Below are positions 35,134-44,314 of a stretch of DNA of 64,000 bases, piece by piece. Under the pieces are notes generated by a model, which was not told the origin of the DNA, made no database searches, and saw only the letters and a list, made by a program, of their open reading frames with translations. Position 1 is the first letter of the stretch. Each line of letters begins with the position of its first letter. A program made the position numbers and the translations under genes. The stretch spans positions 54,403 to 118,402 of IMG/VR virus record IMGVR_UViG_3300028797_000006; one strand, given 5' to 3'. Source of the stretch: a virus. Taxonomy: Duplodnaviria > Caudoviricetes.

Positions 35134-35859
35134 TTATTTAGGTTCTCCGGTCAAGTTTTTACGCGCGATTTGCTTGTCGATTGCAATTCTATGGATATCA
35201 GGGGTATTCTTTAATACTCCGCTAGTGACGATTTCTTTTAATGAGACAGGAGTATAGTTGATATGCTCCGCACAAATATTCATATAAAGTGAATTGTAAT
35301 CTAAATTATGTTGATGTCCATGGATATTGAAGAGAAATTCTGGTAACCATCCAATTGGCTCATGTGATAAAACGATTTTATTTGAAATTATAACTGCGCC
35401 TTCATAGACTTCATCAAAGAGATGATTATCTTCATAAACATCATCTTTTGGTTTTACAGTGCCGCACTCAGGACACCAAGCATATTCATAACCGCAGTTA
35501 TAAGCAGTTAATAAATCATGATTAACTTCTCCTCCACATTTTGGGCAAGTATCTGAATTATGTTCTATTTCAGTTATCTTTCTTTTGTAATAACTTGCGC
35601 CGCGGTCATGGTTTCCTAAAATTAAAACCTTATAGCCTGCTTTTAACTTTTTGACGCGTTCAATGTCACCAACGTCTCCTAAAATAATAAGAGTATCATT
35701 CTTGTGAACTACTGCGTTAATGCGGTTAATTTGTTCTTCATCTGTGATACCACGAATGGCATTCATTTCTGCGTCGCCAAAATGCGGATCGCTATAGAGG
35801 TAAATTGAACCTCCGCGATACCAGCGTTGCGCGAAAACATCATACAAATGTTTAATCAT
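35134..35859 (-). CDS. calcineurin-like metallophosphoesterase with Zn-ribbon insert
   Basis: SDPHFG, LGDVG, GNHD, HEP, HGHQH; CPKC..CPEC insert. Confidence 0.85.
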   Translation of the reverse strand: MIKHLYDVFAQRWYRGGSIYLYSDPHFGDAEMNAIRGITDEEQINRINAVVHKNDTLIILGDVGDIERVKKLKAGYKVLILGNHDRGASYYKRKITEIEHNSDTCPKCGGEVNHDLLTAYNCGYEYAWCPECGTVKPKDDVYEDNHLFDEVYEGAVIISNKIVLSHEPIGWLPEFLFNIHGHQHNLDYNSLYMNICAEHINYTPVSLKEIVTSGVLKNTPDIHRIAIDKQIARKNLTGEPK

Positions 35860-35877
35860 AATAAATCCTTTCTTTAA

Positions 35878-35953
35878 TGGCACCGCTAGTAGGATTTGCA
35901 CCCACGTAAGACGACTTAGAAGGTCGTTGCATCATCTTCTATGCTATAGCGGT
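35878..35953 (-). tRNA. tRNA-Arg(TCT)
   Basis: ACGAC-CT TCT AA-GTCGT, CCA. Confidence 0.88.
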
Positions 35954-35958
35954 AAATT

Positions 35959-36033
35959 TGGCACCCTTGGTAGGAGTTGCACCCGCATCCTGAGTTTCGT
36001 AGACTCACATTCTATCTGTTGAACTACAAGGGT
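35959..36033 (-). tRNA. tRNA-Arg(ACG)
   Basis: TGAGT-CT ACG AA-ACTCA. Confidence 0.88.
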
Positions 36034-36036
36034 AAA

Positions 36037-36127
36037 TGGCAGAGACGGTGGGATTCGAACCCACGGGCCCGTTACAGGCACACAAGATTTCAAATCTAGG
36101 CGCTTATGACCACTTGCGCACGTCTCT
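36037..36127 (-). tRNA. tRNA-Ser(TGA)
   Basis: TT TGA AA loop, long variable arm, G73. Confidence 0.85.
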
Positions 36128-36216
36128 AGATGGTTACTCCCAACATAAACCTGATAAAGGGGTTTCACCTGGCATTCTTTTTTATCTGCTCATGACTAGT
36201 ATTGAGCAAGTAGGTT

Positions 36217-36302
36217 TGGCAGAAGCGGAGAGATTCGAACTCTCGGTCCTTGCGGACTCTTGTTTTCTAGACAAGTGGTTTAAACCGCTCACCCACACTT
36301 CT
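36217..36302 (-). tRNA. tRNA-Ser(AGA)
   Basis: CTTGT-CT AGA AA-ACAAG, long arm. Confidence 0.85.
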
Positions 36303-36473
36303 ATATTGTCATGCTAGTATCACTGCTAACGGCTAGACAGAGCCGGGTGGTTCACAAACACCATTCGCCTGCAGATCTTCGCTGTAGACCCAAGCAGTGC
36401 TTTTCGATAGACTGCCTCGCTGTCGTTTCGTTGATTAATCGGGTAGACAGCACCATACCTGTTATAAATTATT

Positions 36474-36568
36474 TGGCAGAGAACGCCGGACTTGAACCGG
36501 CACCCCGGATTACTCCGAGTACTGGCGGTTTAGCAAACCACTGCCTTACCAATTAGGCTTAGTTCTCT
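36474..36568 (-). tRNA. tRNA-Ser(GCT)
   Basis: GTGGT-TT GCT AA-ACCGC. Confidence 0.88.
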
Positions 36569-36571
36569 ATT

Positions 36572-36647
36572 TGGTGCGCCTAGAGTGATTCGAACACTCG
36601 ACTCCATAATTAAAAGTTATGTACTCTACCGGCTGAGTTATAGGCAC
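36572..36647 (-). tRNA. tRNA-Lys(TTT)
   Basis: CATAA-CT TTT AA-TTATG. Confidence 0.9.
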
Positions 36648-36837
36648 ATATGGTGGGCCTTACACCCACTCAAGAGGTATCGTAACGCGTGTCATACTTG
36701 CGAGTTTAAAGTTTTCTTTCTTATATAATAAGGAAGTAGCGGCCCCTGCCTACTTTACAATGGACTTCTTTGCGAGGCTCCGTTCTCCTTCTCATATTGG
36801 TTATTTTGAGAACTATCCATTAACCTTATAAATTAAT

Positions 36838-36913
36838 TGGTACTCCGCCTGGGACTCGAACCCAGATAACACTAATTAAGAGTTAGTTGCACGACCAGTT
36901 GTGCTAACGGAAT
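36838..36913 (-). tRNA. tRNA-Lys(CTT)
   Basis: ACTAA-CT CTT AA-TTAGT. Confidence 0.88.
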
Positions 36914-36916
36914 ATT

Positions 36917-37018
36917 TGGTGGGAATTGAGGACTCGAACCTCCACCTCTCACTTCACCGAGAGGCCTTTGTTTCACCCCGTTTTCGCAGGGCGGTGCCAC
37001 CTTGACACTTTCATCCCA
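36917..37018 (-). ncRNA. atypical tRNA-like RNA
   Basis: D-arm, T-loop TTCGAGT and CCA present; non-canonical anticodon arm plus extra CCTCTC/GAGAGG hairpin. Confidence 0.6.
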
Positions 37019-37020
37019 TT

Positions 37021-37105
37021 TGGTACCGGAAGTGGGACTCGAACCCACACGTCTCTCGACAATTGCTTCTAAGGCAATCTTCTGTGCCAACTCGAATATT
37101 CCGGC
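37021..37105 (-). tRNA. tRNA-Leu(TAG)
   Basis: ATTGC-CT TAG AA-GCAAT. Confidence 0.88.
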
Positions 37106-37108
37106 ATT

Positions 37109-37195
37109 TGGTGTCTAAGGTGAGACTCGAACTCACACGCCCTTTCGGACATTACCCCCTCAAAGTAAGGCGTCTACCAGTTCCGCCACTTAGAC
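37109..37195 (-). tRNA. tRNA-Leu(GAG)
   Basis: TTACT-TT GAG GG-GGTAA. Confidence 0.88.
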
Positions 37196-37201
37196 GTTTT
37201 T

Positions 37202-37334
37202 TGGAATAGGCAGGAGTTGAACCCGCATAAAATACTTCTGTGATGACAAACAATATTCCGATAGATCTGCCCATAAGTCATCTAATTATTGGACTCGTCC
37301 CGTCAGCTCTCCCATTTGAGCTATAACTATTCCA
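37202..37334 (-). ncRNA. tRNA-like RNA with greatly enlarged anticodon region
   Basis: TGGAATAG/CTATTCCA ends, D-arm GCTC..GAGC, T-arm GCGGG TTCAACT CCTGC, ~75-nt middle. Confidence 0.6.
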
Positions 37335-37338
37335 TATA

Positions 37339-37414
37339 TGGTGGTCAGACTCAGAGTCGAACTGAGGTGCATGGTTTTTCAGACCATTGTACCAACCGTG
37401 TATACCATCTGACC
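37339..37414 (-). tRNA. tRNA-Phe(GAA)
   Basis: ATGGT-CT GAA AA-ACCAT. Confidence 0.88.
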
Positions 37415-37416
37415 AG

Positions 37417-37962
37417 TTAGATGGAATCTGCTGTAATTCCACTATTATCGCACATTCTAATAACTTTCATCATCTCGACAGGAGTATAATCCCATCTTTC
37501 TACACATAGACATGCGCCATTACGTGCGATTGTAGGGAACATGCCATGAAAGTCCTTTGCGTGCACATGACCATAGAAGTGATAGTCATATGTATCATGT
37601 GAGTTTCCTGGACGCGCATCAGGTCTGTGTGAGAAGAAGATTTTATTCCCTGCAATTTCTTTAATGAATGAAGGTAATACTTCTTCAAAACCGCAATCAA
37701 GATAGAATTGTTTGGACTTAGTGTCGTGATTGCCGCGCACTAGAATTTTATGTCCTTTAAGTCGAGGAATGATCCACTTAAGTGAAGACTCTTGACCGAG
37801 CCCGACATCACCAAGATGAATAACAATGTCGTCATCTGTGACTACTGCATTCCATCTCTTAATCATTGCGTCATTCATTTCTTCAATAGAGCGAAATGGT
37901 CTATCTTCATATTGAATGATATTTTTATGATTGAAGTGAGTGTCGCTAATTAAATAAATCAT
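37417..37962 (-). CDS. calcineurin-like metallophosphoesterase
   Basis: SDTHFNH, HLGDVG, GNHD, GHVH. Confidence 0.88.
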   Translation of the reverse strand: MIYLISDTHFNHKNIIQYEDRPFRSIEEMNDAMIKRWNAVVTDDDIVIHLGDVGLGQESSLKWIIPRLKGHKILVRGNHDTKSKQFYLDCGFEEVLPSFIKEIAGNKIFFSHRPDARPGNSHDTYDYHFYGHVHAKDFHGMFPTIARNGACLCVERWDYTPVEMMKVIRMCDNSGITADSI

Positions 37963-38029
37963 AACTTTCCTTTCTTATACAAATAATTATACCAGAACCT
38001 TTTGAGTTTGTCGATAACTTTTTTCCTTT

Positions 38030-38101
38030 TGGTCGCCGCACGTGGAGTCGAACCACGCTAAGACGCTTATGAAACGTCCGCGATCACCGGATCATACGGC
38101 G
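38030..38101 (-). tRNA. tRNA-Met(CAT) elongator (or Ile2), short D-arm
   Basis: GACGT-TT CAT AA-GCGTC; 1-72 paired. Confidence 0.75.
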
Positions 38102-38103
38102 GT

Positions 38104-38180
38104 TGGCTAGGGCGGGAGGACTCGAACCTCCACAAACACGGGTTCAAGGCCCGTTGACTCTACCATTCGTCCACGCCCCA
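38104..38180 (-). tRNA. tRNA-Gln(TTG)
   Basis: CT TTG-type loop in ACGGG..CCCGT stem. Confidence 0.85.
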
Positions 38181-38184
38181 ATGT

Positions 38185-38279
38185 TGGTACTCCCTGAGGG
38201 ACTCGAACCCCCAACCAGCCAATTATCTGTTGCTATACGGGGTATAAACCCGCCGCTCTACCGGTTGAGCTAAGGGAGT
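38185..38279 (-). tRNA. tRNA-Ile(TAT) with long variable region
   Basis: GCGGG-TT TAT AC-CCCGT plus ~24-nt variable region. Confidence 0.8.
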
Positions 38280-38283
38280 ATAA

Positions 38284-38364
38284 TGGAGACACTGGCAGGA
38301 TTTGCACCTGCGATGATTTACTGAGGTTGCAGCTCAGCCCCTTCGACTACTCGGGCACAGTGCC
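38284..38364 (-). tRNA. tRNA-Cys(GCA)
   Basis: CTGAG-CT GCA AC-CTCAG, U73. Confidence 0.88.
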
Positions 38365-38367
38365 AAT

Positions 38368-38402
38368 AAAAAACCGCTAGACATATTCCTATGCTAGCGG
38401 TT
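38368..38402 (-). terminator. attenuator terminator preceding tRNA operon 1
   Basis: AACCGCTAG-CATAGGAATATGT-CTAGCGG-TTTTTT; its TAGCATAGGAA can instead pair with TTCCTATGCTA in the leader ORF. Confidence 0.8.
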
Positions 38403-38436
38403 GTACCTGATTGTACACTGTTAGTGCCAGTGTTAA

Positions 38437-38526
38437 TTATTTGGTTTTGTTAGCATAGGAAAACTTACACTTCATAAAGCGTGAACTAAGTCTTTGTTTG
38501 GAACATATCTTTAATTCGTTGATCAT
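38437..38526 (-). CDS. leader peptide 1, MINELKICSKQRLSSRFMKCKFSYANKTK
   Basis: AAAGGAGA RBS; codons match operon-1 anticodons; last codons form the antiterminator. Confidence 0.8.
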   Translation of the reverse strand: MINELKICSKQRLSSRFMKCKFSYANKTK

Positions 38527-38995
38527 GTTGTGTTTCTCCTTTGCTAAACGATTATAAGGTTCATTTAACCAACAGACAGTAAGCTTGTAGGGTTCTCTTT
38601 CGAGACTTTGCAGTTGGCACCTCGGGCCTCGCACCGTCCACTGACATAATGCCAGATACCTTACCTATCTTAACCTTACATTATTATTATAGGATAATTT
38701 TTCGATCCTGTCAATAGAATTTTCATAAAAAAATTACCGAGTTATCGGTAATCTCCGGGAATAGATTTTGAGTAAGGCCCCTAAGGTCACTATTCAGTGT
38801 TAACTTTTATGCAGCCGTTAACGAACAACTAGTTATCGTACTAGCGAACTAGAATGGATTTGGGACCATTCATTTACCCAAGAACATATTTACTAGCTAT
38901 CGGTAAAGGCCACTTAGTCAACCCTATTCATTCTTACTCTTATGTAGGAACTCATCCTTTACTATTATGGGGTCTATTGTTAGGCTAGTAACGTA

Positions 38996-39598
38996 ACTGC
39001 CCTTTGATAATTATCTAATGCTGACCTTCGTCATACACGGCTTATTAACTGACATTATTCACACACGTTCACTAGAGTCTGAGGCAAAGGGAGCGACCCA
39101 ATGACTTCTCTAATGGCATAAAGCGATCAACGGGAACAGTTTACTTTGTTCCAACTTTCACCGAGCTTCAGAGCATATTGTATATTGATCGTAACTTTCA
39201 ACGTCGCGGTCAGATTTAACCTTATGTTAAAGCTTCTTCATTTGTCTTTCAGCTACTCGTACAGCCATATTCAGTTATAGGTTATTTCTAACCATCAAGA
39301 CACCGGTTTCCTTTGAGTGCCGGGATATTAAGTTTCTCAGGCTTAATTCCTTAGGCGAGATGCATTACTGCAGTTGCTACTTGTCACCGCTGAATTTAGG
39401 CTTTGCTTATGCGTAGTTAACACGATGCACAACCAACTACATCCTTCACTGCTTTCCCATAGTAGGTTTACCTATAAGTTTCCCGATAGGTTTCTTACTC
39501 ACAATACAGTATCCCATATTGCTTTCATTCTGTAGCTGGCTCCAGGCGGTCCGCAAGACCATCTTCACCTGGTTGCAAAGATAATTATCAAAGAACAA
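38996..39598 (-). ncRNA. large structured ncRNA, ROOL-like (~600 nt)
   Basis: Ends pair (CTTTGATAATTATCT/AGATAATTATCAAAG); own TTGACA-N17-TATAAT promoter; ORF-free and tRNA-adjacent; GGGTCGCTCCC..TCAGACT segment recalled from ROOL RNAs but not verified. Confidence 0.6.
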
Positions 39599-39941
39599 TT
39601 ACAACATTAAGAAGTTTATTTTTCCTTAATGGTATATGTATTATAGAATTTTTCTGACGAGATGTCAAGAAACTTTCCACTAATTTTTGAAGAAGTTTTT
39701 GGTTATAGCCCTTAGGGCAACCTTAAGGCGAACTTCTCGGAAACCTCCAGATCGTTCTAATTGGCAGTAGAACTTATTGGCTAAGACTGTTTGCTACTGT
39801 AGCCTTCCGCTTCACATTGTTTAAGCACTTGTCGCAGCCATACCGCATCTCGGAACTTTTTAGCAAATAGGTATACGCGGCCAATCTCAACCCTATTGGT
39901 AGGTCGGGGTTATAACTCCCACTTGAATAATTAAATATAAA

Positions 39942-40277
39942 TTATTTTCTCTTCTTAGTCAAGGACTTTTTGGCTTTTTCTTCAAGAATTCTCTTGAGGT
40001 TATCCTTGATATCAGCAAGGTAAACATCTTTTGCCGCACAAGTTGGAAGTAATTTATATTCATCCCATAAGTCAGAAACACAAATCTTAACACCACGTGC
40101 GTTGCAAGCAAGAGCAAATGACTCTTTATCGTGATATTTACTTAACAAACCACAAGCACCGACATCAATGCGGCCGACTTTGTCGAGACCGTGCCATAAA
40201 TGTCTTTTTGGACCGTGATGTTTGCGCAAGCGTATTTTAACTGGGGCCGCTGGCTTACCCCCTCTTCGAACTGCCAT
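39942..40277 (-). CDS. basic hypothetical protein
   Basis: Arg/Lys/His-rich N-terminus; own promoter. Confidence 0.7.
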   Translation of the reverse strand: MAVRRGGKPAAPVKIRLRKHHGPKRHLWHGLDKVGRIDVGACGLLSKYHDKESFALACNARGVKICVSDLWDEYKLLPTCAAKDVYLADIKDNLKRILEEKAKKSLTKKRK

Positions 40278-40341
40278 TGTAGTAGTTCTCCTTTCTTTAT
40301 ATAAATAATTATAGCATAACCTTTTGAGTTATGCCACAATT

Positions 40342-40635
40342 TTATTCTCTAATAATGCAACGATCATGGAATTCATCACTACCTACATAGTGAAGTTTTC
40401 CATCAAGAACATAGAAAACTCCTTCGCAACCGTCATATTCAACGATTTGATAATCAGTTGCTTCATCTGGAACCTCTACAACCTTAAGTGTTTCGGCGTA
40501 TCCACCGAACTCATTAATGCGACCGACAAAGCGTCCTGTTTCCACTAATTCAATAAAATCTGGACGGAAACGTGCTATTGCACTGGTTTCACTAATTTTT
40601 CCGTAACTTGTATTTATAACTACTTTCATGCGCAT
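40342..40635 (-). CDS. hypothetical phage protein
   Basis: KVVIN..LKVVEVPD..YQIVEYDGCE. Confidence 0.7.
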   Translation of the reverse strand: MRMKVVINTSYGKISETSAIARFRPDFIELVETGRFVGRINEFGGYAETLKVVEVPDEATDYQIVEYDGCEGVFYVLDGKLHYVGSDEFHDRCIIRE

Positions 40636-41018
40636 TTTCTCCGTTTTTCCGCCACTTCCCTTTAGAACTCCCCAGTATCATTTTTAATACTGAGATTGTC
40701 GAGTTCTTCCTCATAAAGTCTTTCAACTTCGTCCTCATATTCGTCACAGTTCTCGCAGTTAATGTGGCAATAGTAAGAATGTTCACAGTCCATGCACATC
40801 ATCTCATATACATAATCTTCAATGTTAATCATAAAAGTGCTCCTTTTTATTTTCATAGCCGTGCTCAATCCAGCCTCTTATATAATCTTCTCTATTGCTT
40901 TTATTTCTAAGAAGATAGAACCAAGCACTAAGTTTGCTGGTATAAGCCTTTTTAATAACAAAGCCGCCGCGGATTAAATAGCAGCCATAATAAACTTCTT
41001 GCATTTCTGGTTTTTCCA

Positions 41019-41669
41019 TTAATCCCACCAGCTTTCTAAATATTTAGACACGATGCCTAAAAACTTTCTTTTATACTTTTGTTCTAATTTATACATCTTT
41101 TTATGCCATTTCTTGACGATTTTGCGGCTAGATGGATACCATTTTCCGTCTGGTCTGAAACGGTATTCGCACTTCCAATTGCGGTCAAAAATCTTTTCAG
41201 AGTCGTCAAGGTCAATGACTTTAAAATTATCATCACTAATGTGTTGCCATTTATAATAATATTCAAGAGCTTTTGTGAGTGTTTCTTCACGAGTTGGCTC
41301 ATTTTTATAACGGATAGGATCTTCGTCTTTTTGTTCCATAGCGTGAACACCTTCACCGCCATGATAAAAATCCTTCATAAGATTTAAGTAAGTGACGAAC
41401 ATATCCATACCATAGCTCCATTCGCCTGGATGGCTTTCATCAACAATTTTATGAAGTTCATTTTTATAAGCGTCTATCATATCATAATAGCCGTCAGAAT
41501 AATCGCATTTTATTTCGTTGCCGAGAGAATTATATGCTTCGTTAGAAGAACAAGATGGGTCTTCATCTTCTTCATCATCGTGAAGCAGAAGATTCTCGCA
41601 GTCATCAAAAAAGAAGTCTTGTGCTAAATCTTCTTCTGCTGTATCAGGCATTAAATCCATTTTACACAT
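41019..41669 (-). CDS. hypothetical protein
   Basis: 216-aa ORF ending WWD. Confidence 0.7.
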   Translation of the reverse strand: MCKMDLMPDTAEEDLAQDFFFDDCENLLLHDDEEDEDPSCSSNEAYNSLGNEIKCDYSDGYYDMIDAYKNELHKIVDESHPGEWSYGMDMFVTYLNLMKDFYHGGEGVHAMEQKDEDPIRYKNEPTREETLTKALEYYYKWQHISDDNFKVIDLDDSEKIFDRNWKCEYRFRPDGKWYPSSRKIVKKWHKKMYKLEQKYKRKFLGIVSKYLESWWD

Positions 41670-41671
41670 AA

Positions 41672-42052
41672 CTATTTATCCCTTATACGTAAGAATTGAT
41701 CCCAGTTCCAAGGATACCAATCGGTTTCACCATAGGAACGGAGTGTATCCATACACCATTCAACAAATTCTATTGAGCGGCGTCTATTGAAAAATTTGTC
41801 TTCTCTTGGAAGATAAATCATTAGTTCATCACCGATACATTCGGTGCAAATCTGCTTTAATGTTTGTTTTGCGAAAAGTTTATTAGCTCTATACATTAAA
41901 GGTATAAGTCTACGAACTCTATCATAAGCAGTTGCTGGTTGAAGATGATTGTTGCGTCTGTAAGCATATCTACATTCAACGATTAAAAGGTCATACATAT
42001 CTTTTAATTCTATTCTAATTTTAGCATTTATATCCCATTCTAGTGTTTTCAT
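41672..42052 (-). CDS. hypothetical protein
   Basis: RBS before MKTLEW. Confidence 0.65.
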   Translation of the reverse strand: MKTLEWDINAKIRIELKDMYDLLIVECRYAYRRNNHLQPATAYDRVRRLIPLMYRANKLFAKQTLKQICTECIGDELMIYLPREDKFFNRRRSIEFVEWCMDTLRSYGETDWYPWNWDQFLRIRDK

Positions 42053-42063
42053 AATTGTTCTCC

Positions 42064-42456
42064 TTAGATAATGTAGATATCGAGGCAATCAATATAATCT
42101 TTACCAACGTATTCTATTTTTAATTCTCCGTTTAAGTCTTTGCTGAAGTTCATTGGTCTGAAACCACTTGCTTCTATGCGGAAAACTTTATAATTACCAA
42201 ATCTCTTGAGCAATACATTTGTTTCAGTATCAAGAGGTTTATAATGACGAGCATCATCGCAGAATGGATTATTATCCCAATAATCTTCATTTAAGCTAAG
42301 TATTTTATTAAGAGTGTTTCTGCGGCTTCTATCTCTAAAATTATAAGGACTATGAACCTTACGAAAAGACTCGAAGATTAAACAATCTCTATTTGGTTGA
42401 TAAATGCGATAATGTGTATGAGGTGCTAAATTTAGAATGAATTCTCGTAGGGTCAT
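42064..42456 (-). CDS. hypothetical protein
   Basis: ORF with promoter and RBS. Confidence 0.65.
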   Translation of the reverse strand: MTLREFILNLAPHTHYRIYQPNRDCLIFESFRKVHSPYNFRDRSRRNTLNKILSLNEDYWDNNPFCDDARHYKPLDTETNVLLKRFGNYKVFRIEASGFRPMNFSKDLNGELKIEYVGKDYIDCLDIYII

Positions 42457-42514
42457 ATTTTATATACTCCTTTTAATCTATATTAGTATACCATAACTTT
42501 TTAGTTTAGTCAAT

Positions 42515-42905
42515 AAAAAACCTCCCTTAAGGGAGGAAAAGAGCCCCTCTGACTAATACAGGAAGAGAGGCGCAGGCACAACCCTGCTAGCAGACTTACT
42601 GTCTGGAGTTTCCCGGCTTTCTCTTCTTTCTACCTTATGCATTGAGGTTAATTACCTATTACATAGACAAGTACGACTTGTAGCATATGCCTAATAGGCT
42701 GAAGGAGTCCACTGACTTCTTAGGACAGGCCTTTCACCTGCATGTCCCTCCTACTCGATATTATTTCAATCTTTCTGAGGATGCTTCTACGTGCAATTAC
42801 TTGCTGTCAACTTAAGTTACCTAAGAAACAACATTCAGTACTGGGTGGTGGAACATGCGCGCGGGATATCCCCGGGCCTAATAGGACAACTAAGTCCTAC
42901 CTCTT
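42515..42905 (-). ncRNA. putative ~380-nt ncRNA
   Basis: ORF-free; TTGACA..TATAAT promoter upstream; 5' hairpin; terminator CCTCCC/GGGAGG-T6. Confidence 0.55.
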
Positions 42906-42924
42906 TTGATATATAATTATATGA

Positions 42925-43263
42925 TTAATCTTCTGCTTTGTCAAGACTTTTCCTATAATCGTCTAAAAGTTCTTGGGCCTCTTCATCAGAGAAGACAAGA
43001 TGTCTTGAGTTGTCTGGTAAAGTTATCCAAGTACCAACTTCTTGTTCCATACCAATATATTGGAATTGTCCGCCCCATTCGTGATTATATGGGACAACAT
43101 CCCATTCAATAATGGTACAATAGCCGTCAGTACATATATGTATATCACAATAATGCTCGTCACTTTTATTATTATATTCAAAAAGATAATCTAAAAGTTT
43201 TTTATGTAATCCTTGCTCTACTTCTTCTGGAGTAAAAGCCATACTATTATATTCTGTTTTCAT
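42925..43263 (-). CDS. hypothetical protein
   Basis: ORF with RBS. Confidence 0.65.
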   Translation of the reverse strand: MKTEYNSMAFTPEEVEQGLHKKLLDYLFEYNNKSDEHYCDIHICTDGYCTIIEWDVVPYNHEWGGQFQYIGMEQEVGTWITLPDNSRHLVFSDEEAQELLDDYRKSLDKAED

Positions 43264-43274
43264 ATTTTAACTCC

Positions 43275-43574
43275 TTATTGCTTTTGTTTTTGTTTAATTA
43301 AATCATTAACATAATCAACGACTTCATTCCAATCTTGGATGGCTTTATTTTTAGCTTCATCATCTTTAACATTGATGTTATCATAGCCATCTGCTTTAAT
43401 AATTCCGCAGCCGCCACATTCTAACCAATATTCTGTGCAGCAATCATACTCCATATCACCCCATGGGTCGAAGCCTCTTGACTTTATGACAGGAGCTGCG
43501 CCGCAAATTGGGCATGGCTTTCCCACATAATCCTTGTGTTCTAGTCTTGTTTTTAATCTATCTATCGTACTCAT
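43275..43574 (-). CDS. Lar-like Zn-ribbon protein
   Basis: KPCPICG..C..CG..AIQDWN pattern. Confidence 0.6.
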   Translation of the reverse strand: MSTIDRLKTRLEHKDYVGKPCPICGAAPVIKSRGFDPWGDMEYDCCTEYWLECGGCGIIKADGYDNINVKDDEAKNKAIQDWNEVVDYVNDLIKQKQKQ

Positions 43575-43648
43575 AAAACTTATACCTTTCTAATATCTAT
43601 ATTAGTATACTAAAAAAGATGGACTATGTCCATCATATTATTGGTTAA

Positions 43649-43724
43649 TGGTGCGTCTTGAAGGGCTCGAACCTCCGACCTCTACTACGTCAAAGTGGCG
43701 CTCTCCCAACTGAGCTAAAGGCGC
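43649..43724 (-). tRNA. tRNA-Val(GAC)
   Basis: TT GAC GT loop. Confidence 0.88.
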
Positions 43725-43885
43725 ATGAGTGGAATTTTTGGCAGGAACTCCACGAACCGTCAACTATTTTAACCACGAAAGTTTTCACAAAGGATAGGTT
43801 TTAACGCGACCCAGTTTGAGTTGATGAGGCTCCACCTACAAACGGCTGTTAGGACATTACAGCTTTGGGAATCACCCGCCCTACT

Positions 43886-43961
43886 TGGTACTCCCTGACG
43901 GGCTTGAACCGCCGACCCACTGCGTGTAAAACAGTAGCTCTCCCAACTGAGCTAAAGGAGT
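43886..43961 (-). tRNA. tRNA-Val(TAC)
   Basis: ACTGT-TT TAC AC-GCAGT. Confidence 0.9.
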
Positions 43962-43968
43962 ATATATA

Positions 43969-44205
43969 TAATTTCTCTCTGAAGTCTCATTTTTTGTGCA
44001 GCCTGGGCTTCGTTGTTATCTGCACGTTCGTCGACGCCAGGTCTTTTTTATCGCGTCCCTCAATATCACGCCTTAGTCGGAAAACCCCGGCTCGCCTTTG
44101 ATATGGTCTTGGGAACATCCTTTGTTACAAGCAGTCTTCATCTGCAGCCCTTCTCCGTTCTACTACTGTGCACATAGTAAATCGGTAATACGTTGAGAGA
44201 AATTA
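43969..44205 (-). ncRNA. putative ~235-nt structured RNA in tRNA operon
   Basis: Ends pair AATTTCTCTC/GAGAGAAATT; GC-richer interior. Confidence 0.5.
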
Positions 44206-44213
44206 GAAATAAT

Positions 44214-44310
44214 TGGACAGGCTAACGGAGTTGAACCGATGGCCCCTCGAGCGAGCCTTTTATAATCAACCGTATACAATTGATTATAAAACTTACCGTA
44301 AGTTAACCTG
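44214..44310 (-). ncRNA. tRNA-like RNA with 12-bp extended anticodon stem
   Basis: Acceptor-like CAGGTTA/TAGCCTG, CCA end, T-loop TTCAACT, stem TTTTATAATCAA/TTGATTATAAAA. Confidence 0.6.
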
Positions 44311-44314
44311 ATAA

